64,000 nucleotides of DNA, from positions 4,476-68,475 of the forward strand of contig JACKFK010000009.1 of the NCBI GenBank assembly GCA_020632515.1, written 5' to 3'. Position 1 is the stretch's first letter, and every line of letters begins with the position of its first letter. A program made the translations under genes and the position numbers. Source of the DNA: Candidatus Omnitrophota bacterium (GTDB lineage Bacteria; Omnitrophota; Gorgyraeia; Zapsychrales; Zapsychraceae). The notes beneath the pieces are model-generated. The model was given only the letters and a program-made list of their open reading frames with translations, was not told the origin of the DNA and searched no databases. Shown piece by piece: positions 1 through 7,740 of the stretch.

Positions 1-3000
1 TGAATCGTTTGCTGAATGTGGAATATCCGGATGGCGAAAAGATCTTCTATCAATATAACGATGCGGGACAGATTAAAGCAATCTCGAATGATGTGTTGAT
101 TCTGCCGCAATCGGCATTGGGAGTTGAAAAAAGTCACCAGGTCGCAAAGTCACAAAGTCGCCGAGAGATACCGTTGGCAGTGGCCAGTGATCAGATTTCA
201 GAAAGTCACAATGTCACAATGTCACAAGGTCACAAAGTCACAAGGTCACAAAGTCAACAAGTCGCCAAGTCACAAAGTCACAAAGTTACAAAGTTACCGT
301 TCATTATTGATACGAGCAACGAGCCCTTCGACTTCGCTCAGGACAAGCAACAAGCCCTTCGGCTTCGCTCAGGACAAGCAACCAGCAACCAGCAACAAGC
401 AACTAAACCTTTCTTGTCCCAACTGCTAGAACACCTTTCCAACTTTTTTGTTACTCCTGCTTACGCGCAGAGTAACGCGTATCTTTGGGAAGAGGCGGAA
501 AACGCGGACAGTTTATCATCTCAATTTCAGATCATCAATGAAGCCAGCGCTTCTAACGGCCAGCATACGTTCACCTCAAACACGATTCCTTCGAATTACG
601 CGGTGAATCCGGCTATGGTGGCGACCTACAGTTTTCAAGTGCCGAGCACGGGTAATTATGTTGTTTGGGGGCGTTGCTTGAATACGTTTGAAGACGATGA
701 TTCCTTTTATATTCAAATGGACAGCGGCACGATTCATACCTGGGATATCGCGCAGGTCGGCGGGTATCATTGGGATCAGGTCAGCAGTCGCGGCGGCGCA
801 GATCCGGTGGTGTTTAATTTAAGCGCGGGAACGCATACATTAAAAGTCTATGTGCGGGAAACCGGGACCAAACTGGATCGCATTCTTTTAACCAATGATT
901 TAACGTTTACACCGACGGGTTTAGGTGAAGATCCCGGGGCCGGGAGCAGCGACACGCAAGCGCCGAGTGTGCCGGCGGGATTGTCATTCACCAATAAAAC
1001 GCAGACATCGATGCAGTTGAATTGGAACGCGTCCACGGATAATGTGGGGGTGAGCGGATACCGCGTGGATGTGGCCACGAACAGTACGTTTAGCAGTATG
1101 GTTGCTGGCTTTAATAATTTGAACGTTGGCAATGTGACGGCGAAAAATATTACCGGATTGACGGCAGGAACAACGTATTACGCGCGGGTGCGCGCCTTTG
1201 ACGCGGCGGCAAATACGTCGGCCAGTTCTGTCACGGTTTCGGCGTCGACAAATTCCGCGCCGCCAAGCAACAATACTCCAGGAACAATTTGGATTGAGGC
1301 GGAAGCCGCCGATACTATTGTCGCGCCTTTTCAAATTGACGCGGATGTGAATGCTTCCAGCGGAGAATTTGCTTCCGTGCCGAATGGAAATCAGGATCAA
1401 AATCCTCCAGGGAATGTTATGTTAACGTACAACATTATGATTCCTGAAACCGGGGATTATGTGATTTGGGGGCGAACAATCAGTTTCGCGATTTTAGATG
1501 ATTCGTTTTTTGTGCAGGTTGACAACGGCACAGATTATTTATGGGATACCGAGCCTTCGGCCAATTGGAATTGGGATCAGGTGAATAATCGTAATGGCGC
1601 GGATCCGGTGATTTTTCATTTAACAGCCGGGGCGCATACATTAAAGATTAAAGAACGGGAAACGGGAACGTTGATCGACAAAATTCTCATCACCAATGAT
1701 CTCACTTATGTTCCAAGCGGATTAGGAGAAAGTGGAGGTTCATCCGCAGACACACAAGCGCCGAGTGTGCCGACGGGATTGTCATTTACGAATAAAACAG
1801 AAACATCCATGACGCTTAATTGGAACGCGTCCACGGATAATGTGGGAGTGAGCGGATACCGTGTGGATGTAGCCACGAATAGTACGTTTACCAGTATGGT
1901 TACCGGCTTTAATAATTTGAACGTCGGCAATGTGACGTCCAAAAATATTACCGGGTTGACGGCGGGGACAACGTATTACGCGCGGGTGCGCGCCTTTGAC
2001 GCGGCGGCAAATACGTCGGCCAGTTCCGCGACGGTTTCGGCGTCGACAAATTCTGCGCCGCAAAGCAACAATACTCCGGGAACAATTTGGATTGAGGCGG
2101 AGGCATTTGATACGATTAAGGCTCCATTTCAAACAGCTACCGATGCGAATGCATCCGGAGGTGTTTATGTGTATTCTCCAAATGGACAGTATGAGCAATG
2201 GAGTCCGGGGAGTGTGGAAACAACATATACTCTTGATATTGCGCAGACCGGCGATTATGTGATCTGGGGACGGGTTATCGGCGCGACAGGAAATGATGAT
2301 TCATTCTATGTTCAGATCGACGGTGGTAGTGATTATTTATGGAGTGTGGAAATTAACAGCACTTGGATTTGGGATCAGGTGAGCAGTTTTGGCGGGGCTG
2401 ATCCGGTGGTGTTTCATTTAACAGCCGGCATCCATACGCTTCATGTTAAACAGCGGGAGAACGGGGTGAAGATTGACAAGCTTGTGGTGACCAATGATCT
2501 AACGCTTGTGCCGAGCGGTTTGGGCGGATCTAACAGCAGTACGGCCGCCGCAACTTTGTTTATCAAAGACGTGAAGTATAACGCGTCAGGGCAGATTACA
2601 CGCGTGGAATACGGCAACGGGGTGGTGACCAATTACACGTTTAACACGCTGAATTTGCGGTTGGAGCGGATGCTAACGACCGACGCGCAAGGGGTGAAAT
2701 TGCAGGATCTCAATTACACTTATGATTCGGCCGGCAATATTTTAGGAATCACCGACGCGGTGCATACAGCCACGCAGACGTTTCAATATGATGCGCTCAA
2801 TCGGTTGAAAAAAGCGGTTGGAAATTATGGCACAAAAAACTATGCGTATGATCAAATCGGGAATATAATTCAGAAAGACGGTAAGACCTACACGTATGGC
2901 GCGGGCACTGCCGGGCCGCATGCGGTGACGTCACTTAGTGATGGATCCAGTTTTCAGTATGATGCCAACGGTAATATGATTGTCCGCAGTGAGAGCGGGG

Positions 3001-4520
3001 TCACAACGGAATACGGGTATGACGTCGAGAATCGTCTGGTTAGTGTCAAGGAGAATAGCGCGACCAAAGTTCTTTATCAATACGACGGCGATGGGGGAAG
3101 AACCCAAATGACCATTTCTGCCAGTAGCAAGACAACCACGTTTGTTGGTTCTCTTTATGAGAGTGATGGGTCACGCGCGACGAGTCACGTGTTTCTCGGG
3201 GATACTCGTGTCGCATCGATCACCAACGGGCAGATCGTTTATGTTCATGGAGATCATTTGGGCGGGGCGAATGTGATCACCGCTGCCGACGGGGTCATTA
3301 AGGAGTTGATTGAGTATAAACCGTTTGGTGCCAAGAGCGTGCATGAGAAGTATGGTTCAGGCGAGGCGATTGCCTGGCATTACTTTACGGGCCAGCGGTT
3401 GGATGATGAGGTCGGGCTCTACTACTACGGGGCGAGGTATTATGATCCGTCGCTCGGAAGATTCATTACGGCGGATGGTATAGTGCAAAATCCAGTAGGT
3501 GATCCGCAAACGTTTAATCGGTATTCCTATGTTGGGAATAATCCAATAATTCGGATAGACCCTAGTGGGCATTTTTGGTTTGTTGCGGCAATTGTTGCAG
3601 CTGTTAAAGGGGCAGTCATTGGAGCGACTATTGGAGCTACTACTGCTGCTATAACAGGAGGAGATATTGGAAGAGGGGCGTTATTTGGTGCAATTGGCGG
3701 CGCAGCATTTGCAGGGTTTGGAAGTTTAACGCAATCAGCTTTTCGAATTGCTACTGTTCCGGGAGGAATAGGCCCCATGACTTCTGGAGCAACCTTTGCT
3801 GCTGATCTTGCTGGCGGAATAATTGGCGGCGCTGCTGGTGGCGCTGCTAGCGCAGCCTATTTAGGGAGTGATCCCTTAAGTGGAGCAGGGATTGGAGCCC
3901 TTAGTGGGGGACTTTTTGGACAAGTCAGCAAAATGAGAGGGACAGGATGGCCAGGAGTTGGAAGAGTTGCTGCCGCAGGTATTGCAGGTGGGTTAGTTTC
4001 AGAGGTAGCAGGAGGTTCTTTCATAGATGGGTTTGCCTTTGCTGGGACTGTTGCGGGAGCAGATTTTATTTATAGAGCGATAGTGAGTACTCAACCAGGT
4101 GCAGAAGACATAGGATCAACTACGAAAACTGCAAGGCATCCAGGAAAATATAAGATGGGGTTTGATGAAAATGGAAATGAGAAATTATTGCGAGTTTTAA
4201 ATGTAGATAAACATTTAAGAAGTAATACAGGAATTCCTTCTTTTCTTGGAGAAACTGGAAATGCATTTTCACAACATTTTTGGGCTAGTGAGACAGGGGC
4301 TGTAATGAATTTTATGGCTAAATATATTCCAGGAATTAATGGGATGTCTTATGCTCATGATGTTTCAGGACATTTTCTAACAAGTACTTTTGGTAAATCG
4401 ATAAATGGTAAATTTTTTAATTTTCAAACAATGCCAATTTATTATGGAGTTAATAATATAGGAGCAGCGATTAATGATTTTCCAGCGTTAATTGGGATTT
4501 ATAATGTGTATGGAGAATAA
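1..4520 (+). CDS. RHS/YD-repeat polymorphic toxin, 5' end outside the window (frame 3 is open back to base 3, so the TTG at 9 is not a real start)
   Basis: YD repeats occur on both sides of the central array (NVEYPDGEKIFYQYNDAGQ; NYTYDSAGNILGITD; QYDALNRL; YDANGNM). An RHS-associated core (YFTGQRLDDEVGLYYYGARYYDPSLGRFITAD) ends in NPIIRIDPSGH, with DPSGH at 3558-3572. A 315-aa variable C-terminal region follows. Confidence 0.85.
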   Translation, partial: NRLLNVEYPDGEKIFYQYNDAGQIKAISNDVLILPQSALGVEKSHQVAKSQSRREIPLAVASDQISESHNVTMSQGHKVTRSQSQQVAKSQSHKVTKLPFIIDTSNEPFDFAQDKQQALRLRSGQATSNQQQATKPFLSQLLEHLSNFFVTPAYAQSNAYLWEEAENADSLSSQFQIINEASASNGQHTFTSNTIPSNYAVNPAMVATYSFQVPSTGNYVVWGRCLNTFEDDDSFYIQMDSGTIHTWDIAQVGGYHWDQVSSRGGADPVVFNLSAGTHTLKVYVRETGTKLDRILLTNDLTFTPTGLGEDPGAGSSDTQAPSVPAGLSFTNKTQTSMQLNWNASTDNVGVSGYRVDVATNSTFSSMVAGFNNLNVGNVTAKNITGLTAGTTYYARVRAFDAAANTSASSVTVSASTNSAPPSNNTPGTIWIEAEAADTIVAPFQIDADVNASSGEFASVPNGNQDQNPPGNVMLTYNIMIPETGDYVIWGRTISFAILDDSFFVQVDNGTDYLWDTEPSANWNWDQVNNRNGADPVIFHLTAGAHTLKIKERETGTLIDKILITNDLTYVPSGLGESGGSSADTQAPSVPTGLSFTNKTETSMTLNWNASTDNVGVSGYRVDVATNSTFTSMVTGFNNLNVGNVTSKNITGLTAGTTYYARVRAFDAAANTSASSATVSASTNSAPQSNNTPGTIWIEAEAFDTIKAPFQTATDANASGGVYVYSPNGQYEQWSPGSVETTYTLDIAQTGDYVIWGRVIGATGNDDSFYVQIDGGSDYLWSVEINSTWIWDQVSSFGGADPVVFHLTAGIHTLHVKQRENGVKIDKLVVTNDLTLVPSGLGGSNSSTAAATLFIKDVKYNASGQITRVEYGNGVVTNYTFNTLNLRLERMLTTDAQGVKLQDLNYTYDSAGNILGITDAVHTATQTFQYDALNRLKKAVGNYGTKNYAYDQIGNIIQKDGKTYTYGAGTAGPHAVTSLSDGSSFQYDANGNMIVRSESGVTTEYGYDVENRLVSVKENSATKVLYQYDGDGGRTQMTISASSKTTTFVGSLYESDGSRATSHVFLGDTRVASITNGQIVYVHGDHLGGANVITAADGVIKELIEYKPFGAKSVHEKYGSGEAIAWHYFTGQRLDDEVGLYYYGARYYDPSLGRFITADGIVQNPVGDPQTFNRYSYVGNNPIIRIDPSGHFWFVAAIVAAVKGAVIGATIGATTAAITGGDIGRGALFGAIGGAAFAGFGSLTQSAFRIATVPGGIGPMTSGATFAADLAGGIIGGAAGGAASAAYLGSDPLSGAGIGALSGGLFGQVSKMRGTGWPGVGRVAAAGIAGGLVSEVAGGSFIDGFAFAGTVAGADFIYRAIVSTQPGAEDIGSTTKTARHPGKYKMGFDENGNEKLLRVLNVDKHLRSNTGIPSFLGETGNAFSQHFWASETGAVMNFMAKYIPGINGMSYAHDVSGHFLTSTFGKSINGKFFNFQTMPIYYGVNNIGAAINDFPALIGIYNVYGE
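132..403 (+). repeat. Low-complexity repeat element read in frame inside the RHS ORF: GTCACAAR octamer arrays plus two GCTCAGGACAAGC-containing units and (AGCAACC)n
   Basis: Octamer arrays lie at 132-160 and 203-296. Near-identical ~30-nt units AGCCCTTCGRCTTCGCTCAGGACAAGCAAC lie at 322-351 and 352-382, and AGCAACC-type repeats at 383-403. The stretch translates as SHKVTKSQ-type and FDFAQDK/LRSGQA-type peptide. Confidence 0.9.
480..2530 (+). repeat. Intragenic tandem duplication with a 798-bp period: three beta-sandwich (CBM-like) modules interleaved with two FN3 domains
   Basis: Two anchors recur 798 bp apart: GACACRCAAGCGCCGAGTGTGCC at 951 and 1749, and GGAACAATTTGGATTGAGGCGGA at 1281 and 2079. 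The FN3 segments (about 951-1270 and 1749-2068) match at roughly nine in ten positions by eye. The CBM-like modules (WIEAEA..DDSF.VQ.D..W.WDQV..ADPV.F.L.AG.HTL) are more diverged. Confidence 0.9.
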
Positions 4521-4539
4521 ACGAAATAGACAAAGAGTA

Positions 4540-5031
4540 ATGAAAAAAATAATAGTTATTGTAATATTATTTTTTTCATGTGGATGTACAAGCGTATCTT
4601 TAGGTGGTATTAATTATAATAATGCTCCAAGAGGGTTTCACACTAGTAATACTTCAATTATTTATATTCTTCGAGAGAACGCAACTCCTACCGCATTTGG
4701 AGCTAAAATTTTAATTAACAATAAAAAAGTTTGTGCGCTGCCAAATAAGGGATTTACTTGGGTTGAAGTAATTCCTGGGGAAAAAATGATATTAGCAAAA
4801 TGGCCATCTATAACTGGACAAGAAGATAGTACTATTAGGATTAATGCTAAAGAAAATGAAACATATTACATATTATTAAATCATGATAGGACAATAGGGG
4901 GGTCTGTTTTTAGTCCGTACAATATGATTAATGCATTTGTAATAACAAACAAAAGTCTAGCTCAAAATAAAATGAAAGATATGAAATATTTTAAGAGTAA
5001 GAGAACGGACCAGGTTGTTTTATGTCAATAA
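4540..5031 (+). CDS. Small lipoprotein and candidate immunity protein for the RHS C-terminal toxin (alternative start at 4510 overlaps the toxin stop)
   Basis: It has a signal peptide with a lipobox-like sequence (MKKIIVIVILFFSCGC) and sits immediately downstream of the toxin tip. It is AT-rich like the toxin tip. Its last codons (KRTDQVV) are encoded by a copy of the GAGAACGGACCAGGT repeat. Confidence 0.5.
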   Translation: MKKIIVIVILFFSCGCTSVSLGGINYNNAPRGFHTSNTSIIYILRENATPTAFGAKILINNKKVCALPNKGFTWVEVIPGEKMILAKWPSITGQEDSTIRINAKENETYYILLNHDRTIGGSVFSPYNMINAFVITNKSLAQNKMKDMKYFKSKRTDQVVLCQ

Positions 5032-5230
5032 TTCGGTAACTTTTTCAAGTTTTTGAAAGGGCGTTTGGTATTTAATGCCACCATGAACGCGCCTGTGATT
5101 GTAATCGTATATATATTGTCCTAATTGCTCTTTGAATTCTTCAATATCTTTAAATGTGTGTGGTCTAATAAGCTCGTTTTGAACAATTTTAAAGAAAGCC
5201 TCTACTTTACCATTAGGCTGAGGATAATAA
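5020..5230 (-). pseudogene. C-terminal remnant of a DDE (rve-type, IS481/IS3-like) transposase
   Basis: Only about 70 aa remain. They carry the integrase-core E region (PQPNGKVEAFFKIVQNE) and the tail YNHRRVHGGIKYQTP. The N-terminal part is replaced by the 50-nt repeat at 5229-5280. Confidence 0.7.
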
Positions 5231-5280
5231 AGAGAACGGACCAGGTACATCTCGAGGGACACGTTGAGTGAAAGCAGTTC
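5229..5280 (+). repeat. REP-like ~50-nt repeat, copy 1 (AAGAGAACGGACCAGGTACATCTCGAGGGACACGTTGARTGAAAGCAGTT)
   Basis: It is nearly identical to 5506-5558, 277 bp downstream. The 5' 17-mer also occurs at 4998-5015 and 5559-5577, and inverted at 6245-6258. Confidence 0.85.
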
Positions 5281-5505
5281 TGTTCATAAGTAAATATTCA
5301 TAAAAATATAAAACTCGACCATCAACCGCATGTCTTTTTATTTTTTATGAATATTTAACTTGAAACGTTATAACCCAAATAAAAAGCATTTGGGTTGTTA
5401 TTTATCAACTCTTTATTGAGACTTAAAATAACAAATCGAACCAAACATCGGTTCGATTTATAACTTGCATGCTCTTTGGAGAACGGGACAGACCCCGATG
5501 GGGAC

Positions 5506-5577
5506 AAAGAGAACGGACCAGGTACATCTCGAGGGACACGTTGAATGAAAGCAGTTTTAAGAGAACGGACCAGGTCC
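5506..5577 (+). repeat. REP-like repeat, copy 2, followed directly by a short third copy (AAGAGAACGGACCAGGTCC)
   Basis: Direct sequence identity with 5229-5280. It lies about 55 nt upstream of the first Y1 transposase gene. Confidence 0.85.
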
Positions 5578-5632
5578 AAAAAAGTGACAGGTCAAGCTGA
5601 AATTAAGCGGAGAAAGGATAGGTTATTGATGA

Positions 5633-6229
5633 ATGGCGCGGGTATCAAGGAATGAATTACTTTATAAAGATTGTTATGCTCATGTGATATCACGATCGAT
5701 TCGCAAAATGAAGATTTTTAACGATGAAGAGGATTTCATCCAGTTTAAATATTTACTTTTGCAGGCTAAGAAAATAGGTCAATTTCGGGTATATCATTAT
5801 TGTGCAATGCAAACGCATTTCCATCTGGCTGTACAAATGGGGGATGTATCATTATTTGCGAATGCAATTCGGGATTTAAAAAGATCTTATGTTTACTGGT
5901 TTCACACAAAATATAAAATTAGTGGGCCGATATGGCGGGAACGATATCGAAGTTTGTTGATTGAGGATGAGAATTATTTATATACGTGTGGATTGTATAT
6001 TGAAAACAATCCGGTGAAAGCTGGGTTAGTGCAGCAATCGGATCAATGGGCGCACAGTTCAAGTCGGTATTATATTAGAGGAAGTAATGATGTCCTAGTC
6101 GATGAATATGAAAGGGACGTTTGTAAAATGAGTGATATTATGCTTGATGAAGAGGATTTTGAAAAGGGAAGTGTGATTGGATCCAGTTTTTTCCGATTTC
6201 AGTTTTATGATAGGCGTAAGAGAAGCTGA
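5633..6229 (+). CDS. IS200-like / REP-associated tyrosine (Y1, HUH) transposase, copy 1
   Basis: It has the HUH motif (QTHFHLAV) and the catalytic Tyr helix (YIENNPVKAGLV), plus WRERY. It is flanked by GAACGGACCAGGTCC at 5563-5577 and its inverted copy at 6245-6258. Confidence 0.8.
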   Translation: MARVSRNELLYKDCYAHVISRSIRKMKIFNDEEDFIQFKYLLLQAKKIGQFRVYHYCAMQTHFHLAVQMGDVSLFANAIRDLKRSYVYWFHTKYKISGPIWRERYRSLLIEDENYLYTCGLYIENNPVKAGLVQQSDQWAHSSSRYYIRGSNDVLVDEYERDVCKMSDIMLDEEDFEKGSVIGSSFFRFQFYDRRKRS

Positions 6230-6260
6230 GGGGTCCCTCTGAAAGGACCTGGTCCGTTTT
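6228..6260 (-). repeat. Inverted REP-like copy (GGACCTGGTCCGTT) preceded by a GAGGGGTCCCTC near-palindrome
   Basis: The reverse complement of 6245-6258 equals AACGGACCAGGTCC, as found at 5564-5577. Confidence 0.7.
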
Positions 6261-6324
6261 GTTGTTTTGTTTTGGAGGGAAAGGTTGAGTTGAACGAGAA
6301 CGAATGCAAGAAAGGAGCGTTGCG

Positions 6325-7086
6325 ATGCGACGAACGAAAGGGAGAGGTGTTTTTGAATTAATTTTAACAGGGGTGGTCTGCTGCGGAATGCTGATGGGTG
6401 CGGCAGGAAAAGCTGAGAGTTTTATACTCATTAATGAGTTCCTGGCTGATCCGGCTAGCGGACCCAGCGGCGATGCCAATGGCGACGGGGCTACCTCAAG
6501 CAGTCAGGATGAATTCATCGAACTGCTTAACTACAGCGACGAGGATGTAAATCTTTCCGGCTGGTCTTTAAGCGACAATCTACGGACCCGCCATGTCTTT
6601 TCCGATTCTACGATTATTAATTCGTATGGTTATTTTGTCATTTTCGGCGGAGGCGACTTCTCGGCAGCCAATTGGCAAAGCGCTTCCACAGGAACGCTGG
6701 GTTTAAATAATTCCGGCGATACGATCACGCTGTTTAACAGCGATTTATTGCAGATTGATCAGATCGTTTATGGCAGTGAAGGCGGGCAAAACCAATCGCT
6801 GACACGGTTTCCGGAAGGGGTACCAGGGAGCCCCTTTGTTTTGCACAGTGAATTAGCCCAGGCGCAAGGTCGGTTGTTTTCGGTGGGTGAAAGTATCGAC
6901 GGCCAGCCGATCGCGCCGGAGATTGTCCTGCCGGAAGAGCCGTTGCCTGAGATGTCGGAGTCAGGGGAAAATCCCGTGGTGCCGGAGCTGCCGGTGGCCG
7001 TGTATTTTCTTGTTGGGTTGGCTGGGCTTCATTTCCAACGGAGAACGGTTCTCGCTAAAGTCTTGGCGGGAAAAACGTTGGAGTAG
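6325..7086 (+). CDS. Secreted lamin-tail-domain (LTD) protein with a PEP-CTERM-like C-terminal anchor (alternative start 6304)
   Basis: It has a signal peptide and the LTD pattern (ILINEFLADP..DEFIELLNYSDEDVNLSGWSLSD..GLNNSGDTITLFN). The C-terminus reads VPELPVAVYFLVGLAGLHFQRR. The gene is visibly GC-richer than its surroundings. Confidence 0.7.
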   Translation: MRRTKGRGVFELILTGVVCCGMLMGAAGKAESFILINEFLADPASGPSGDANGDGATSSSQDEFIELLNYSDEDVNLSGWSLSDNLRTRHVFSDSTIINSYGYFVIFGGGDFSAANWQSASTGTLGLNNSGDTITLFNSDLLQIDQIVYGSEGGQNQSLTRFPEGVPGSPFVLHSELAQAQGRLFSVGESIDGQPIAPEIVLPEEPLPEMSESGENPVVPELPVAVYFLVGLAGLHFQRRTVLAKVLAGKTLE

Positions 7087-7096
7087 AGGTGTCCCT

Positions 7097-7603
7097 ATGA
7101 TTCGCCCGCGACGGTTTTATTACGCCAAGTCTATTTATCACGTCATTGCCCGCGGCAATAATCGGCAGAAAATTCTGAAATACCCCACAGACAAACAATC
7201 CTTTTTGAATAGTCTGACAAAATATAAAGGGCTCTTTTCTTTCCGGTTATACGCTTTTGTGATAATGGACAATCACATCCATTTGATGATTGAGGCTGAT
7301 GAGCATTTTAATATCTCCAAAGTCATGCAAAGGATTTTATTGTCTTATAGCGCGAAATACCGTAGAAAATATAAATATGTGGGGCATGTCTGGCAGGGGC
7401 GGTTTGTGAGTTTCAATGTTAGCGGAGATCATTACGTGGAGGAGTGTTTGCAGTATATACACCGCAATCCTGTAAAGGCGGGAATTGTTGACGTTGAGGC
7501 AGATTATCGATGGAGTAGTGCGCGGTTTTATGTTAAGCGTAAGGTTGTTTCAGATGGTTTGCTGTATGATTTGGATTTAGATGGTTCTGAGGGACACTTC
7601 TAA
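7097..7603 (+). CDS. IS200-like / REP-associated tyrosine (Y1, HUH) transposase, copy 2 (diverged from copy 1)
   Basis: It has HUH (MDNHIHLMIE), GRFVS, and the Tyr helix (YIHRNPVKAGIV). The ATG at 7097 follows the LTD stop. The tracked 6887 start would overlap the LTD gene and is unlikely. Confidence 0.8.
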   Translation: MIRPRRFYYAKSIYHVIARGNNRQKILKYPTDKQSFLNSLTKYKGLFSFRLYAFVIMDNHIHLMIEADEHFNISKVMQRILLSYSAKYRRKYKYVGHVWQGRFVSFNVSGDHYVEECLQYIHRNPVKAGIVDVEADYRWSSARFYVKRKVVSDGLLYDLDLDGSEGHF

Positions 7604-7740
7604 CTTAAATACTTGCAGAGTATATTGTTGGAGAGAACCGTTCTCAAAGATGGGGTGTCTATTTGCGGGAAGGGCTGTCCGGGAGTGTCTGGGTTTGTCA
7701 TCTTGAAAAGTATAGGGGGATGTTGCATACTTGTCGGAAT

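Noticed and set aside
132-296. The octamer arrays here, and at 7767-7977 and 14941-15112, could be a CRISPR array or iterons.
   Set aside because: The 8-nt units are contiguous with no unique spacers, far below CRISPR repeat length, and no cas genes are present. They form the arms of a larger foldback element instead.
124-429. The tracked ORFs 124-429 (+) and 15102-15293 (-) could be real small genes.
   Set aside because: They are translations of the octamer-repeat element. Its forward orientation lacks stops in every frame. They have no start context and no coding signal beyond the repeat.
576-3778. Many antisense or out-of-frame ORFs lie inside the RHS gene (e.g. 984-1400, 1782-2198, 1996-2262, 3527-3778).
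   Set aside because: They are shadow ORFs of a GC-rich, internally duplicated gene. The pairs 984-1400 and 1782-2198 merely mirror the 798-bp duplication.
6887-7096. A long N-terminal extension of the second Y1 transposase, from the tracked start at 6887.
   Set aside because: It would overlap the LTD gene by 200 nt in another frame and encodes Arg/Cys-rich nonsense. The family-typical N-terminus begins at the ATG at 7097.
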